Shown: positions 22,479 to 31,821 of the stretch, in pieces
How the letters are laid out: the number at the start of each line of letters is the position of its first letter
Position numbering within the stretch: position 1 is the stretch's first letter
DNA from: an uncultured SAR86 cluster bacterium
GTDB lineage: Bacteria > Pseudomonadota > Gammaproteobacteria > Magnimaribacterales > AG-339-G14
NCBI GenBank assembly: GCA_902563105.1
Contig: CACEVU010000001.1
Span: 285,649 to 349,648 of the forward strand
DNA: 64,000 nucleotides
Direction of reading: 5' to 3'
Position numbers and translations under genes: made by a program
The notes under the pieces: model-generated
What the model was told of the DNA's origin: nothing
Databases searched by the model: none
Seen by the model: only the letters and a program-made list of their open reading frames with translations

Positions 22479-23944
22479 AAGCGATATTTAAAATCCATAC
22501 CTAACATCTCTCTCTCAATAATTTTATTTCTATATGTAAAGTCTTCATTCAAAGCGTTTACATTTAACGACAAAAATATCTTCTGATCTAATTTGAATTC
22601 AAATTTAAACAGAATGCCAAAAATTTCGCCCTCATTTTTTGCCCAAGTATTGTCAGATCCGGATGCGAAAGTTAATGGCCCTTGATCTTTACTAAACTCA
22701 CCATAAATAAAGTCTAGTTTGATAAGATTTTTTTCAGTAATTTCTGTTTGAATGGAAAGATTAATATATTCTGAGTCCCCATCAATAAAAGCTCCTATTG
22801 GATTTCCTTTATATCTATAACCCGAAGAGTAATTTCCATGTTCGTAAATAACATTGTCACCAGTATCAACACCATAGTAAAAAGTATCATAATATTCTAA
22901 GGATACACTTCTGAATAATCCTCTTTTTTCAAAAATAAATTCAGTACCTAAACTATAAAAAGTTCTCCAAGGCCAATAGTCCGTGCCGTCTTCTCCAATA
23001 TATTGTCCGTAGATACTCCAAACAAGATCGTTAACATTGAAACTATATTTCAAATCGAAGCCAGCTAATTCATTATCTATATTAGAATCTGAATCACCCT
23101 TCATTATTGAAGCATCTCCCCGAACGGAATCCCATAAAGCTTTAAGACTATTATCTTTTCCGTCTCCTCCAAACATGATGGATCTAGTCAATCCTACAGT
23201 AAGACCGTTCACAGGATTGAAAGAAAGTCTTCCGCCAATCAAAAAAGGATTTTTTATTTTTCTTTTATTTCCTAGTTGATTTGCAAAGAAAGAAAAATTT
23301 AATTTTCCAAAACTTCTAATAAAGGGCAGGTTTGAAGTAAACCCTTCCAAGGACCTGATGAATAGTCCAGGAGATGACTTAGCATAATTTGAAAGTATTA
23401 AACTTGCATGATGGGAGGGCCCCCACCATCTATCATAATTTCCAATACCTAAAATAAAATTTCCGGAAACAACTGCAAAGTATGAGTCACTAAAATCATA
23501 TTTTTTGTCTTCGTAAGTGTTTTCAAGCGCAGTTATAGAAATTTTCGAAGCAAATCTGTCACCAAGATATGAAGTTGAAAAAAATAAAGAATTTTTCTCT
23601 TTATTTCTAGAATCAATAAATCTAAAGGGATTGAATTCTGAATTTGTCGAAAAACCAAACTCATTAATAAATCTTTTTGATTCATTTTCAATTATCTCAT
23701 CTGCTAAATTTATATATTCTGTCATGAGAGACATATTATTAAACATCTCTTCGTTTGGATTTCTTACAAGCGCAAGAGGAATAGGGTAAGCTGAAGAATC
23801 TATTGAAAATCCATTTCTAATCGATAGATATTCAAGTTTTTTTATATTAAATTCTTCTTTTCCATTTAGCCAAGGATCAGAAAAAGCATGGCTACAAATA
23901 GAACATATTAAGAGAATAAAAAAAATTTTAAGTTTTTTTAACAT
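22475..23944 (-). CDS. Outer-membrane beta-barrel protein, capsule-assembly Wzi-like
   Basis: Signal peptide MLKKLKIFFILLICSICSHAFS. Alternating beta-strand pattern rich in aromatic and Gly residues, with a C-terminal ...DFKYRF ending in Phe. The N-terminal LEYLSIRNGFSIDSSAYPIPL resembles the Wzi helical plug. The family call is tentative. Confidence 0.55.
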   Translation of the reverse strand: MLKKLKIFFILLICSICSHAFSDPWLNGKEEFNIKKLEYLSIRNGFSIDSSAYPIPLALVRNPNEEMFNNMSLMTEYINLADEIIENESKRFINEFGFSTNSEFNPFRFIDSRNKEKNSLFFSTSYLGDRFASKISITALENTYEDKKYDFSDSYFAVVSGNFILGIGNYDRWWGPSHHASLILSNYAKSSPGLFIRSLEGFTSNLPFIRSFGKLNFSFFANQLGNKRKIKNPFLIGGRLSFNPVNGLTVGLTRSIMFGGDGKDNSLKALWDSVRGDASIMKGDSDSNIDNELAGFDLKYSFNVNDLVWSIYGQYIGEDGTDYWPWRTFYSLGTEFIFEKRGLFRSVSLEYYDTFYYGVDTGDNVIYEHGNYSSGYRYKGNPIGAFIDGDSEYINLSIQTEITEKNLIKLDFIYGEFSKDQGPLTFASGSDNTWAKNEGEIFGILFKFEFKLDQKIFLSLNVNALNEDFTYRNKIIEREMLGMDFKYRF

Positions 23945-24902
23945 TTTTATGAAAATTTATCGCAGAGCAGATTATATCTTCCAGGGAATTGTTTTCTACC
24001 TTCCAACCTAATTTCTCTTTAGATTTAGTAGAATCTGCAACAAGAACATCTGAATCTCCTTCTCTGATTGGCCCAATCTCGAAGTAAATTTCCTTCTTCA
24101 AAAGCTTTCTGCATTCGGAAATAATTTCCTTATTAGAGAAACCTTTTTCAGATCCTAAATTAAAGACATGAAAACCTTTATTAGATTCTAAGAAATCTAA
24201 ACCTAAAAGATGTGCATTAGCTAAATCATTCACATGAACATAATCTCTTACACAGGTGCCATCTTTTGTATCAAATGAATCGCCATTTACAATTAGTTTT
24301 GTAAAATTTAATACACTATTTATTACATTTGGAATTAGGTGAGTTTCAGGATTGCGATTTTCTCCAATATCACCTTTATCATCTGCACCTGCAGCATTGA
24401 AATATCTTAAACATACAACGTCAAGGGGAAACTCTTTTGATATATCTTTGAGAAATTTCTCTATTTCAAGTTTATTTTTTCCATAATTATTTATAGGATT
24501 CGTCACATGACTTTCTTTGATAGGAATTTCTTCGGGATTACCGTAAACAGCTGCAGATGACGAAAAAATAAGTTTTTTTACATTCTTTTTTAAAGCAAAT
24601 TTAACTAAATTCTTAGATGCAAGGACATTATTATTAAAATACTCTTCTGCTTTTTCCTGAGACTCAGAAACTAACGAAGAACCGGCGAAGTGGACGATAG
24701 AGGAAAAACTTTCATCTTCAAGTTTTTCAAACAAATCGTCTTCATTTTTTAAATCTAATTCAAGATGTTTTTTATTTTTTACAAAATCTTTATGACCTGT
24801 TGAAAAGTTATCTAAAATGAGAAATTCTAAGTTTTTTTTTTCTAAAAGCCTTACAAAATGACTACCTATGTAACCAGCTCCACCGGTCACTAGAATAGTC
24901 AT
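23928..24902 (-). CDS. galE: UDP-glucose 4-epimerase
   Basis: TGGAGYIGSH Rossmann motif, catalytic YGKNK (YxxxK), 324 aa SDR-extended family. Confidence 0.85.
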   Translation of the reverse strand: MTILVTGGAGYIGSHFVRLLEKKNLEFLILDNFSTGHKDFVKNKKHLELDLKNEDDLFEKLEDESFSSIVHFAGSSLVSESQEKAEEYFNNNVLASKNLVKFALKKNVKKLIFSSSAAVYGNPEEIPIKESHVTNPINNYGKNKLEIEKFLKDISKEFPLDVVCLRYFNAAGADDKGDIGENRNPETHLIPNVINSVLNFTKLIVNGDSFDTKDGTCVRDYVHVNDLANAHLLGLDFLESNKGFHVFNLGSEKGFSNKEIISECRKLLKKEIYFEIGPIREGDSDVLVADSTKSKEKLGWKVENNSLEDIICSAINFHKNVKKT

Positions 24903-24921
24903 TTTAGTATCCGAAAATTTT

Positions 24922-26355
24922 TTATTTAGAAGCGTAGCCCATTACAGCTTTTATTTCTAAAAACTCTTCGAAGCCGAATTCTCCCCATTCTCTTCCATTG
25001 CCTGACTGCTTAAATCCACCGAATGGAGCATCAATACCTGTCGGTTTGTTGTTAATATGAACATTACCACTCCTTATTCTTCTAGCCACACTTAAAGCAT
25101 GTTCTGGATCTTCAGAGGATACATACCCTGATAGTCCATAAGGAGTATCGTTTGCTATTTTTATTGCATCTTCTTCATCTTTATAAGGAATAATGCATAA
25201 AACAGGACCAAAAATTTCTTCTTTAGCAATAGTCATGTCATTTGACACATCTGAGAAAACAGTTGGTTTTACAAAATACCCTTGGTTAAGACCTTCTGGT
25301 TTTCCTGGACCACCTACAACCAACTCAGCTCCTTCTTCTATACCTTTTTCAATTAACCCCTGTATTTTGTTAAATTGAACATCACTCACAACAGGACCCA
25401 TATTTGTTGACTCATCAGATGGATTACCTACATTCATTCCATCAGCAACTGCCTTAGCAGCTTCCTTGGCTTCATCTTGTCTTGCAGCTGGTACTAGCAT
25501 TCGAGAAGGTGCATTACACGATTGTCCAGTATTGTTGAACATGTGAGCAGTTCCTCTAGTAACAGCTTTTCCAAAATCTGCATCATCAAGAATTATATTT
25601 GCTGATTTACCGCCTAGCTCTTGATGGACTCTTTTAACCGTATCTGCTGAACCTTTGGCAACTGCAACACCTGCTCTTGTAGATCCAGTGAATGACATCA
25701 TATCGATTTTAGGATGGGATGACATTGCTTCTCCAACCGTCGGTCCATCTCCATTAACTAGATTAAAGACTCCTTTAGGAACTCCAGCTTCATGAAGAAC
25801 TTCTGCTAACAAAATAGCATTAAAAGGTGCAATTTCTGTTGGTTTTAAAACCATTGTGCATCCGGCAGCAATAGCTGGTCCTACCTTGCAAGAAATCTGA
25901 TTTATTGGCCAATTCCAGGGAGTTATCATTCCAACAACTCCAATAGGTTCTTTCCTAATTAACGCTGATCCTTTAACTTCTTCAAAGTTATAATTTTTAA
26001 GTGTCTCTAAAGCGGTGCTGAAATGACCAAGTCCTGTAGCTGCTTGGGCAGCCTTTGACAAACCTATAGGAGCACCCATTTCATATGAAATTGTTTCCGC
26101 TATTTCGTCATATTTGCCTTTGTAAACTTCCAGGATTTTTTCTAAAAGAGCTACTCTATCGTCAACAGATACTAAAGAAAAAGTTTCAAAAGCTTCATAT
26201 GCTGCATCAACAGCAGCATCAACATCAGCGCTATCCCCTAAAGCGATTCTGCCGAAAACCTCTTCAGTTGCTGGATTTATAACATCCAATGTTTTGAGTT
26301 CATTTATTGGTTTTACCCATTCACCATTAATATAAAATTCTTCACAAATTTTCAT
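24922..26355 (-). CDS. NAD(P)-dependent aldehyde dehydrogenase
   Basis: ITPWNWP, ELGGKSANII, catalytic Cys context NTGQSCNAPSR, EEIFGPV. Confidence 0.9.
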   Translation of the reverse strand: MKICEEFYINGEWVKPINELKTLDVINPATEEVFGRIALGDSADVDAAVDAAYEAFETFSLVSVDDRVALLEKILEVYKGKYDEIAETISYEMGAPIGLSKAAQAATGLGHFSTALETLKNYNFEEVKGSALIRKEPIGVVGMITPWNWPINQISCKVGPAIAAGCTMVLKPTEIAPFNAILLAEVLHEAGVPKGVFNLVNGDGPTVGEAMSSHPKIDMMSFTGSTRAGVAVAKGSADTVKRVHQELGGKSANIILDDADFGKAVTRGTAHMFNNTGQSCNAPSRMLVPAARQDEAKEAAKAVADGMNVGNPSDESTNMGPVVSDVQFNKIQGLIEKGIEEGAELVVGGPGKPEGLNQGYFVKPTVFSDVSNDMTIAKEEIFGPVLCIIPYKDEEDAIKIANDTPYGLSGYVSSEDPEHALSVARRIRSGNVHINNKPTGIDAPFGGFKQSGNGREWGEFGFEEFLEIKAVMGYASK

Positions 26356-26370
26356 ACTTATCCTCTTTAT

Positions 26371-27912
26371 TTATTTATTTTCTAATAATTTTACTTGTAA
26401 ACTTTTTTGGACTCTACTAATCCATGAGCAAAGATACTGCCTTGTGTCTTTCGGGTCAATGATTTCATGGACAGAAAATGCTTCTGCTCTCGGAAATGGA
26501 CTTTGAGACTTAGCTAGCTTATCTTCGATTTCTTTCCTCTTTTTTTCAGGATCTTTTGCTTTAGCTATTTCTTTACCAAATGCAACCGCAACGCCTCCTT
26601 CAAGAGGAAGTGCGCCAGCTTCAGAAGATGGCCATGCAAGGACATATGAATCTTCACCAAAATGGGCAGCAGCTGCCACTCCAAAAGACTTTCTTACTAG
26701 TAAAGTACACCAAGGAATGGATGAATCGGCTGCAGCCAATACTGCTTCAGTACCATAAAGAATGGTTGCATCTTCTTCAGCTTTTTTGCCTATTAAAAAT
26801 CCAGGCTCATCAACAATCGTCAAAATTGGGATATTGAATTGATCACATAATTTAATAAAACGAGTTGTTTTTTTTGCATTATCAGCTGTCATTGAGCCAG
26901 CATAAAAATTACTGTCATTTGCAAAGATCCCAACCGAATAGCCATTCAATCTTGCAAAACCAGTAATAATTCCTCTTCCAAAGAAATAAGACATTTCAAA
27001 AAAGTCCTTATCATCTACGACCATTTTAATAACGTCACGCATTTCATAAGTCTTTTTTCTATCTTTAGGAATAATCTCTTCAAGAATTTTTTCCGCTCTT
27101 TTCAAATCATCTTCGCTTTCTTTTCTAGGAGATAATTCGTAGATGTTTGAAGGAAAGAAAGAAAGAAATTTTTTTATTTGACGAAATGCATCTTCCTCAT
27201 TTTCCGCTATATTGTCTGTAACACCATTCTTTTTATGCACTTCAGAACCGCCTAACTCTTCTTTTGTAAATTCTTTTCCAAATGCTCTTGAAACTACTGC
27301 AGGACCAGCAACTAATATTTGCGCAGTATCTTTTGTCATAATTCTAAAATGAGATCCAACAAAACGGGATGCAGGTAAGCCGGCTACAGGACCCAAAGCA
27401 GCAGAGACAACTGGTACTTCTTTGAGACTTGTTGCAACAGACTTAAACCTAGACCTTGCAAAAACAGGATCTCCTCCATAACCTTTTTTTTCTTTACTTG
27501 GCCCGGCAACTGAACCACCACCTCCTTCATGCAAACGAACTAGAGGGAATTTGTGCTTAACAGCTAGGTCTTCTGTATAAATGCTTTTTCTTAAACCTGC
27601 TGCATTCGGGGAACCTCCTTTGACCGTAAAATCTTCTCCGCCAATAATAATGTCTCGATTGTCTATTTTCCCAAATCCTAAAATAAAATTTGCAGGAGTT
27701 AAAGAAGAAATATTACCTTCATCATCATATTCGGCTCCTCCTGCAATTTTCCCCATTTCTTCGAAAGAATCTTTATCCAAAAGAATGTCTATTCTTTCTC
27801 TTAAAGTTAAACGGCCTTTATTATGTTGCAGTTTAACTGCGTCAGGACCGCCTTGTTGTTTAGCTAATTTTTCTCTTAATTTTATTTGAGAAATTTCTTT
27901 TTTCCAGGACAT
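26371..27912 (-). CDS. Acyl-CoA carboxylase carboxyltransferase (beta) subunit
   Basis: 513 aa with two-lobed carboxyl_trans architecture (GGEDFTVKGGS, GPVAGLPA, GIFANDSNFYAGSM). Its start overlaps the stop of the upstream crotonase (TAATG). Confidence 0.85.
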   Translation of the reverse strand: MSWKKEISQIKLREKLAKQQGGPDAVKLQHNKGRLTLRERIDILLDKDSFEEMGKIAGGAEYDDEGNISSLTPANFILGFGKIDNRDIIIGGEDFTVKGGSPNAAGLRKSIYTEDLAVKHKFPLVRLHEGGGGSVAGPSKEKKGYGGDPVFARSRFKSVATSLKEVPVVSAALGPVAGLPASRFVGSHFRIMTKDTAQILVAGPAVVSRAFGKEFTKEELGGSEVHKKNGVTDNIAENEEDAFRQIKKFLSFFPSNIYELSPRKESEDDLKRAEKILEEIIPKDRKKTYEMRDVIKMVVDDKDFFEMSYFFGRGIITGFARLNGYSVGIFANDSNFYAGSMTADNAKKTTRFIKLCDQFNIPILTIVDEPGFLIGKKAEEDATILYGTEAVLAAADSSIPWCTLLVRKSFGVAAAAHFGEDSYVLAWPSSEAGALPLEGGVAVAFGKEIAKAKDPEKKRKEIEDKLAKSQSPFPRAEAFSVHEIIDPKDTRQYLCSWISRVQKSLQVKLLENK

Positions 27913-28772
27913 TATTTAAATTCCTTCTCTTCCCACCAAGGATAAAATTCGGGCAAATCCTTACTAACTTTCCCAGGAAAATTTGGTTCTCGTTTTTCTA
28001 AAAAAGACATAACACCTTCGGTCGCTTCGCCTGTTTTACCAAGTGAATAAACTCCCCTGGAATCTATTTTATGAGCTTCCATGGGGTGATCAGCTCCTAA
28101 CATTTTCCATAACATTTGCCTTATAAGAGTTACTGAAAGACTTGAAGTGGCTTCAACAAAATCAGCAGCTATCTCTTCTGCTCTTTCAAGCAATTTATCT
28201 GCTGGAGTAATTTCAGTGACCAAACCTTTAATTAAAGCTTCTTCTGGCATAAAAATTTTTCCACTTAAACACCATTGAAGAGCATTGGAAATTCCCACTA
28301 TTCTGGGAAGGAACCAACTTGAGCAGGCCTCAGGAACAATACCTCTTTTGGCAAAAACAAATCCAAATTTTGCCTCCTCAGAGCAGATTCTTACATCCAT
28401 AGGCAAAGTCATTGTTACTCCAACACCAACTGCCGCACCATTTATAGCGGCAATTAATGGTTTTTTAAAGTCAAACAGTCTCAAAGTAAGTATTCCTCCA
28501 GTATCTCTTTTTACTTCCACTTGGGACTTTCCATTATCTGACATATCAAAAGTATCTTCACCCGAAGATAAATCTGCACCAGCACAAAAAGCCTTTCCAG
28601 AACCTGTAAAAATTACAGCTCTTATTTCATCATTTTTTTCAGCCTCATCAAGAACCTCGAGGATATCTTTCAACATCTGCCCTGAAAAAGTATTCATTTT
28701 ATCTGACCGGTTAAAGGAAACTGTAAAAATTTTATTTTTTAACGAAGTTTTTAAACTTTCAAAATCTTTCAT
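27912..28772 (-). CDS. Enoyl-CoA hydratase/isomerase (crotonase) family protein
   Basis: FTGSGKAFCAGADL oxyanion-hole motif, AAINGAAVGVG, 286 aa. Confidence 0.85.
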   Translation of the reverse strand: MKDFESLKTSLKNKIFTVSFNRSDKMNTFSGQMLKDILEVLDEAEKNDEIRAVIFTGSGKAFCAGADLSSGEDTFDMSDNGKSQVEVKRDTGGILTLRLFDFKKPLIAAINGAAVGVGVTMTLPMDVRICSEEAKFGFVFAKRGIVPEACSSWFLPRIVGISNALQWCLSGKIFMPEEALIKGLVTEITPADKLLERAEEIAADFVEATSSLSVTLIRQMLWKMLGADHPMEAHKIDSRGVYSLGKTGEATEGVMSFLEKREPNFPGKVSKDLPEFYPWWEEKEFK

Positions 28773-28814
28773 TTTTTTTCTCTTTTTTGATTTTTTTGTG
28801 TATATTGCATTTAT

Positions 28815-28926
28815 AGCGTTGATTTAACCGACTTGCAAACGCTTTATAAATAATGCTAAAAAGGATTTTTTTAAACCTGTTTAGCGTAAGCAAACAGGTT
28901 TTTTTAATTTATTAAGGAGAGAAATT
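28815..28926 (+). promoter_or_regulatory. metY 5' leader with mutually exclusive antiterminator/terminator hairpins (candidate riboswitch or attenuator)
   Basis: This is the largest non-tRNA intergenic gap in the window. GCTAAAAAGG (28855-28864) pairs 9/10 with CCTGTTTAGC (28876-28885), which is also the 5' arm of the terminator. There is an upstream hairpin AGCGTT(28815-20)/AACGCT(28838-43). SD AAGGAGAG lies 6 nt before the ATG. Confidence 0.5.
28873..28905 (+). terminator. Intrinsic terminator-like hairpin inside the metY leader
   Basis: AAACCTGTTT / AAACAGGTTT 10-bp stem extended by GC/GC around a GTAA (GNRA) tetraloop, followed by a run of 7 T. It lies upstream, not downstream, of a gene on this strand. 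Confidence 0.6.
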
Positions 28927-30234
28927 ATGGCTTATGAAGGTAAAAATTTAGAAACTATTGCATTACATGCTGGTTGGCGAAATGATGAGACCACTGGTTC
29001 TGTTGCTGTACCTATTCATCAAACTACAAGTTTTCAATTCAATGACACTGCTCATGCAGCAAGTCTGTTTGGATTACAAGAATTTGGAAATATATATACC
29101 AGGATAATGAATCCTACTTGTGACGTGCTAGAACAAAGAATGGCTGCACTTGATGGAGGCGCTGCTGGCCTAGCAGTATCATCTGGACAGACCGCATCAG
29201 CATATTCAATCCAAAATCTTGCGAGAGCAGGAGATAATATCGTTTCTTCTTCTCATCTTTATGGTGGAACTTATAACCAATTTAAAAATAATCTTAAAGA
29301 AATGGGTATTGAAGTTAGATTTGTTGATCCAACAGATCCAGAAAATTTTGAAAAAGCAACAGATGATAAAACAAGAGCTTATTTTGCTGAAACCCTTCCA
29401 AATCCTAAACTTCACGTCTTTCCCATTAGTGAAGTGGCAGAAATAGGAAGAAAACACGACATTCCTTTGATTGTTGATAACACTTCAGCGCCGGTTCTAT
29501 GTCGTCCATTTGATCATGGTGCAGCAATAACTACCTACTCAACAACAAAATATATCGGAGGCCATGGAACGACTATTGGAGGTTTAATTCTTGATGGGGG
29601 AAATTTTGATTGGGGCAAAGCAGGCGCAGACAGACAACCTGCAATGAATACTCCTGATCCTTGTTACGGCGGTGTCGTTTGGGATGAACAAGTTACAAAA
29701 AATATGGGACTTCCTTTTGCATACTTACTAAAACTGAGAACAACTTTATTAAGAGATTTAGGAGGAGCAATGAGCCCATTCAATGCTTGGATGTTTATAC
29801 AAGGATTAGAAACTTTGCCGTTGAGAATGAAAGAGCATGCAAAAAACGCTCAAGCAGTTGCTGAATTTTTAGCTTCTAATAAAAAAGTTGAATCAGTTAC
29901 TTATCCTGGAATTTTTGAAGGTGCAGAAAGAGAAAAAGCCGACAAATACATGACAGGTGGGTATGGAGCTTTGATAGGTTTCGAGCTACCTGGCGGAAAA
30001 GAAGCTGGAAGTAAATTCATTGATTCTTTAGAGCTTCTTTATCACGTTGCTAATATTGGTGACTCAAGATCTCTTGCAATTCATCCGGCAACAACAACAC
30101 ATAGTCAGTTAGCTCCAGAAGAACAGTTATCTGCTGGAGTAACTCCAGGCTACGTAAGACTTTCAATTGGTATTGAGAATAGCGAAGATATAATTGCTGA
30201 TATTTCACAAGCTATCGACAAAGCTTCAAAATAA
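28927..30234 (+). CDS. metY: O-acetylhomoserine sulfhydrylase (aminocarboxypropyltransferase)
   Basis: Cys/Met-metabolism PLP family. YGGTYNQF, PLP-lysine motif STTKYIGGHG, RLSIGIE. Its 435 aa length is typical of MetY/MetZ-type enzymes. Confidence 0.85.
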   Translation: MAYEGKNLETIALHAGWRNDETTGSVAVPIHQTTSFQFNDTAHAASLFGLQEFGNIYTRIMNPTCDVLEQRMAALDGGAAGLAVSSGQTASAYSIQNLARAGDNIVSSSHLYGGTYNQFKNNLKEMGIEVRFVDPTDPENFEKATDDKTRAYFAETLPNPKLHVFPISEVAEIGRKHDIPLIVDNTSAPVLCRPFDHGAAITTYSTTKYIGGHGTTIGGLILDGGNFDWGKAGADRQPAMNTPDPCYGGVVWDEQVTKNMGLPFAYLLKLRTTLLRDLGGAMSPFNAWMFIQGLETLPLRMKEHAKNAQAVAEFLASNKKVESVTYPGIFEGAEREKADKYMTGGYGALIGFELPGGKEAGSKFIDSLELLYHVANIGDSRSLAIHPATTTHSQLAPEEQLSAGVTPGYVRLSIGIENSEDIIADISQAIDKASK

Positions 30235-30239
30235 AAATG

Positions 30240-30272
30240 ATCCCTCTTGCCAAGCAAGGGGGATAATTTTTT
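30240..30272 (+). terminator. Rho-independent terminator of metY
   Basis: CCCTCTTGC-caa-GCAAGGGGG hairpin (9 bp, extendable by AT pairs), followed by ATAATTTTTT. Confidence 0.7.
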
Positions 30273-30365
30273 ACAGTTATATACTTAACTTTTTCAGAGA
30301 ATTTTGAAAATAAATCTGATATTAATTTTTATTTAGTATTTAATGCGAATATTAATTAGGTAAAT

Positions 30366-30605
30366 ATGAAATTATATGTAGGAAATCTCCCATGGAGTGT
30401 AGACAACTCTAAGCTCGAAGAATTATTCTCCGACTTTGGAACCGTTATATCCGCAAACGTAATAACTGATAGAGCGACTAATAGATCAAGAGGATTTGGA
30501 TTTGTTGAGTTAGAATCTGGTGGACCAGAAGCTATTGAAGCGATGAATGATTCAGAGCTTGAAGGCAGAAAGTTAAACGTTAACGAAGCTAAGCCCAGAA
30601 CGTAA
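30366..30605 (+). CDS. RRM-type RNA-binding protein (79 aa)
   Basis: RNP2 KLYVGNL and RNP1 RGFGFVEL motifs. Confidence 0.9.
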   Translation: MKLYVGNLPWSVDNSKLEELFSDFGTVISANVITDRATNRSRGFGFVELESGGPEAIEAMNDSELEGRKLNVNEAKPRT

Positions 30606-30625
30606 AAATTATACAAACTATTTTT

Positions 30626-30701
30626 TGGTGCCCCTGCCAGGAATCGAACCTGGAGCTGCCACTTAGGAGGCGGCCGTTTTATCCGATTAAACTACAAGGG
30701 C
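30626..30701 (-). tRNA. tRNA-Arg (anticodon CCT)
   Basis: Reverse complement GCCCTTGTAGTTTAATCGGATAAAACGGCCGCCTCCTAAGTGGCAGCTCCAGGTTCGATTCCTGGCAGGGGCACCA. Anticodon stem GCCGC/GTGGC, loop CTCCTAA. Confidence 0.9.
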
Positions 30702-30706
30702 TAAAT

Positions 30707-31159
30707 TTAAAGTTTGGTAGGATTTTCTTGTCCTTCGTATACTTCTTCAGGATCAAATAATTTCTCATCTTCAATAAACTCTAAGTCCTTAAGGTTTTCT
30801 ACTGATCTGTAGAAACATGATTTATAACCAACGTGACAACTTGCTCCTGAACCTTCAACTTCTACTTTAAAAATAACGCAATCTTGGTCATCATCAACAA
30901 GAATCTCTTTAATATTTTGATAAAGACCGCTTGTTTCACCTTTTTTCCATAACTGCTCTCTGCTTCTACTCCAATAATGAGCTTTTTTAGTCTCAATAGA
31001 CAGTTGCAATGCCTCTTTATTGAGATATCCATGCATTAAAACCAGGTTTGAGCCTTCTTCCATAGTAATTACTGGAATAAGTCCCTGATCGTCAAACTTT
31101 GGCATGAATTCATTACCTTCTTCTACGGCTTCTATACTTATTCTCTTTCCAAAGTCCAT
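30707..31159 (-). CDS. hisI: Phosphoribosyl-AMP cyclohydrolase (monofunctional)
   Basis: WSRSREQLWKKGETSG, VDDDQDCVIFKVE, SCHVGYKSCFYR. Confidence 0.85.
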   Translation of the reverse strand: MDFGKRISIEAVEEGNEFMPKFDDQGLIPVITMEEGSNLVLMHGYLNKEALQLSIETKKAHYWSRSREQLWKKGETSGLYQNIKEILVDDDQDCVIFKVEVEGSGASCHVGYKSCFYRSVENLKDLEFIEDEKLFDPEEVYEGQENPTKL

Positions 31160-31242
31160 ATTTAATACTCAAATTTTGATTAGATATTATAGTTATAATA
31201 ACGGCCAAAATTAATTAATTTTAGTAATAACTGCATATTTAG

Positions 31243-31821
31243 ATGCTAAAAACAGCAAATTTATCATACAAGTTTGACGATAAATATATTTTTTCAAATC
31301 TTAGCTTTGAAACTACAAACGATAGCGTTTTTAAGCTTGTAGGAGACAATGGTTCCGGCAAATCAACTTTGCTCAAGATTCTTTCAGGTATCTATAAAAA
31401 TTACGAAGGAGACTTATCTTTTTCAGAAAAAAAATTAGTATTTTATTCAGGTCACAAAGCTGGATTAAAAAATAATTTATCAGTAAGAGAGAATATATTT
31501 TTTGACATCAGACTACCTAAAATTTCTTACTCCCAGATTAATTCTGTTCTTAAAAAATTAGATCTTATTGATTATTCTGATATCCAGTCTGCATATCTCT
31601 CAGAAGGTCAAAAGAGAAAAATCAATATTGCTTGTTTTATGCTTTCAACCGCTAATTTATATCTTCTTGATGAACCGTTTAATAATTTAGATCGAAAAAC
31701 AACTGATCTTCTTAAAGAAATCTTTGATATAAAAATTAGTACCGGAGCAAAAATTATCTTTTCATCTCACGATAGATCTAATGAGGATTTTTCTTTAATT
31801 GATATGAACTTGTTTAACTAA
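31243..31821 (+). CDS. ccmA: Cytochrome c biogenesis heme exporter, ATP-binding subunit
   Basis: Walker A GDNGSGKST, signature LSEGQKRK, Walker B LYLLDEP. First gene of the ccm operon. Confidence 0.85.
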   Translation: MLKTANLSYKFDDKYIFSNLSFETTNDSVFKLVGDNGSGKSTLLKILSGIYKNYEGDLSFSEKKLVFYSGHKAGLKNNLSVRENIFFDIRLPKISYSQINSVLKKLDLIDYSDIQSAYLSEGQKRKINIACFMLSTANLYLLDEPFNNLDRKTTDLLKEIFDIKISTGAKIIFSSHDRSNEDFSLIDMNLFN

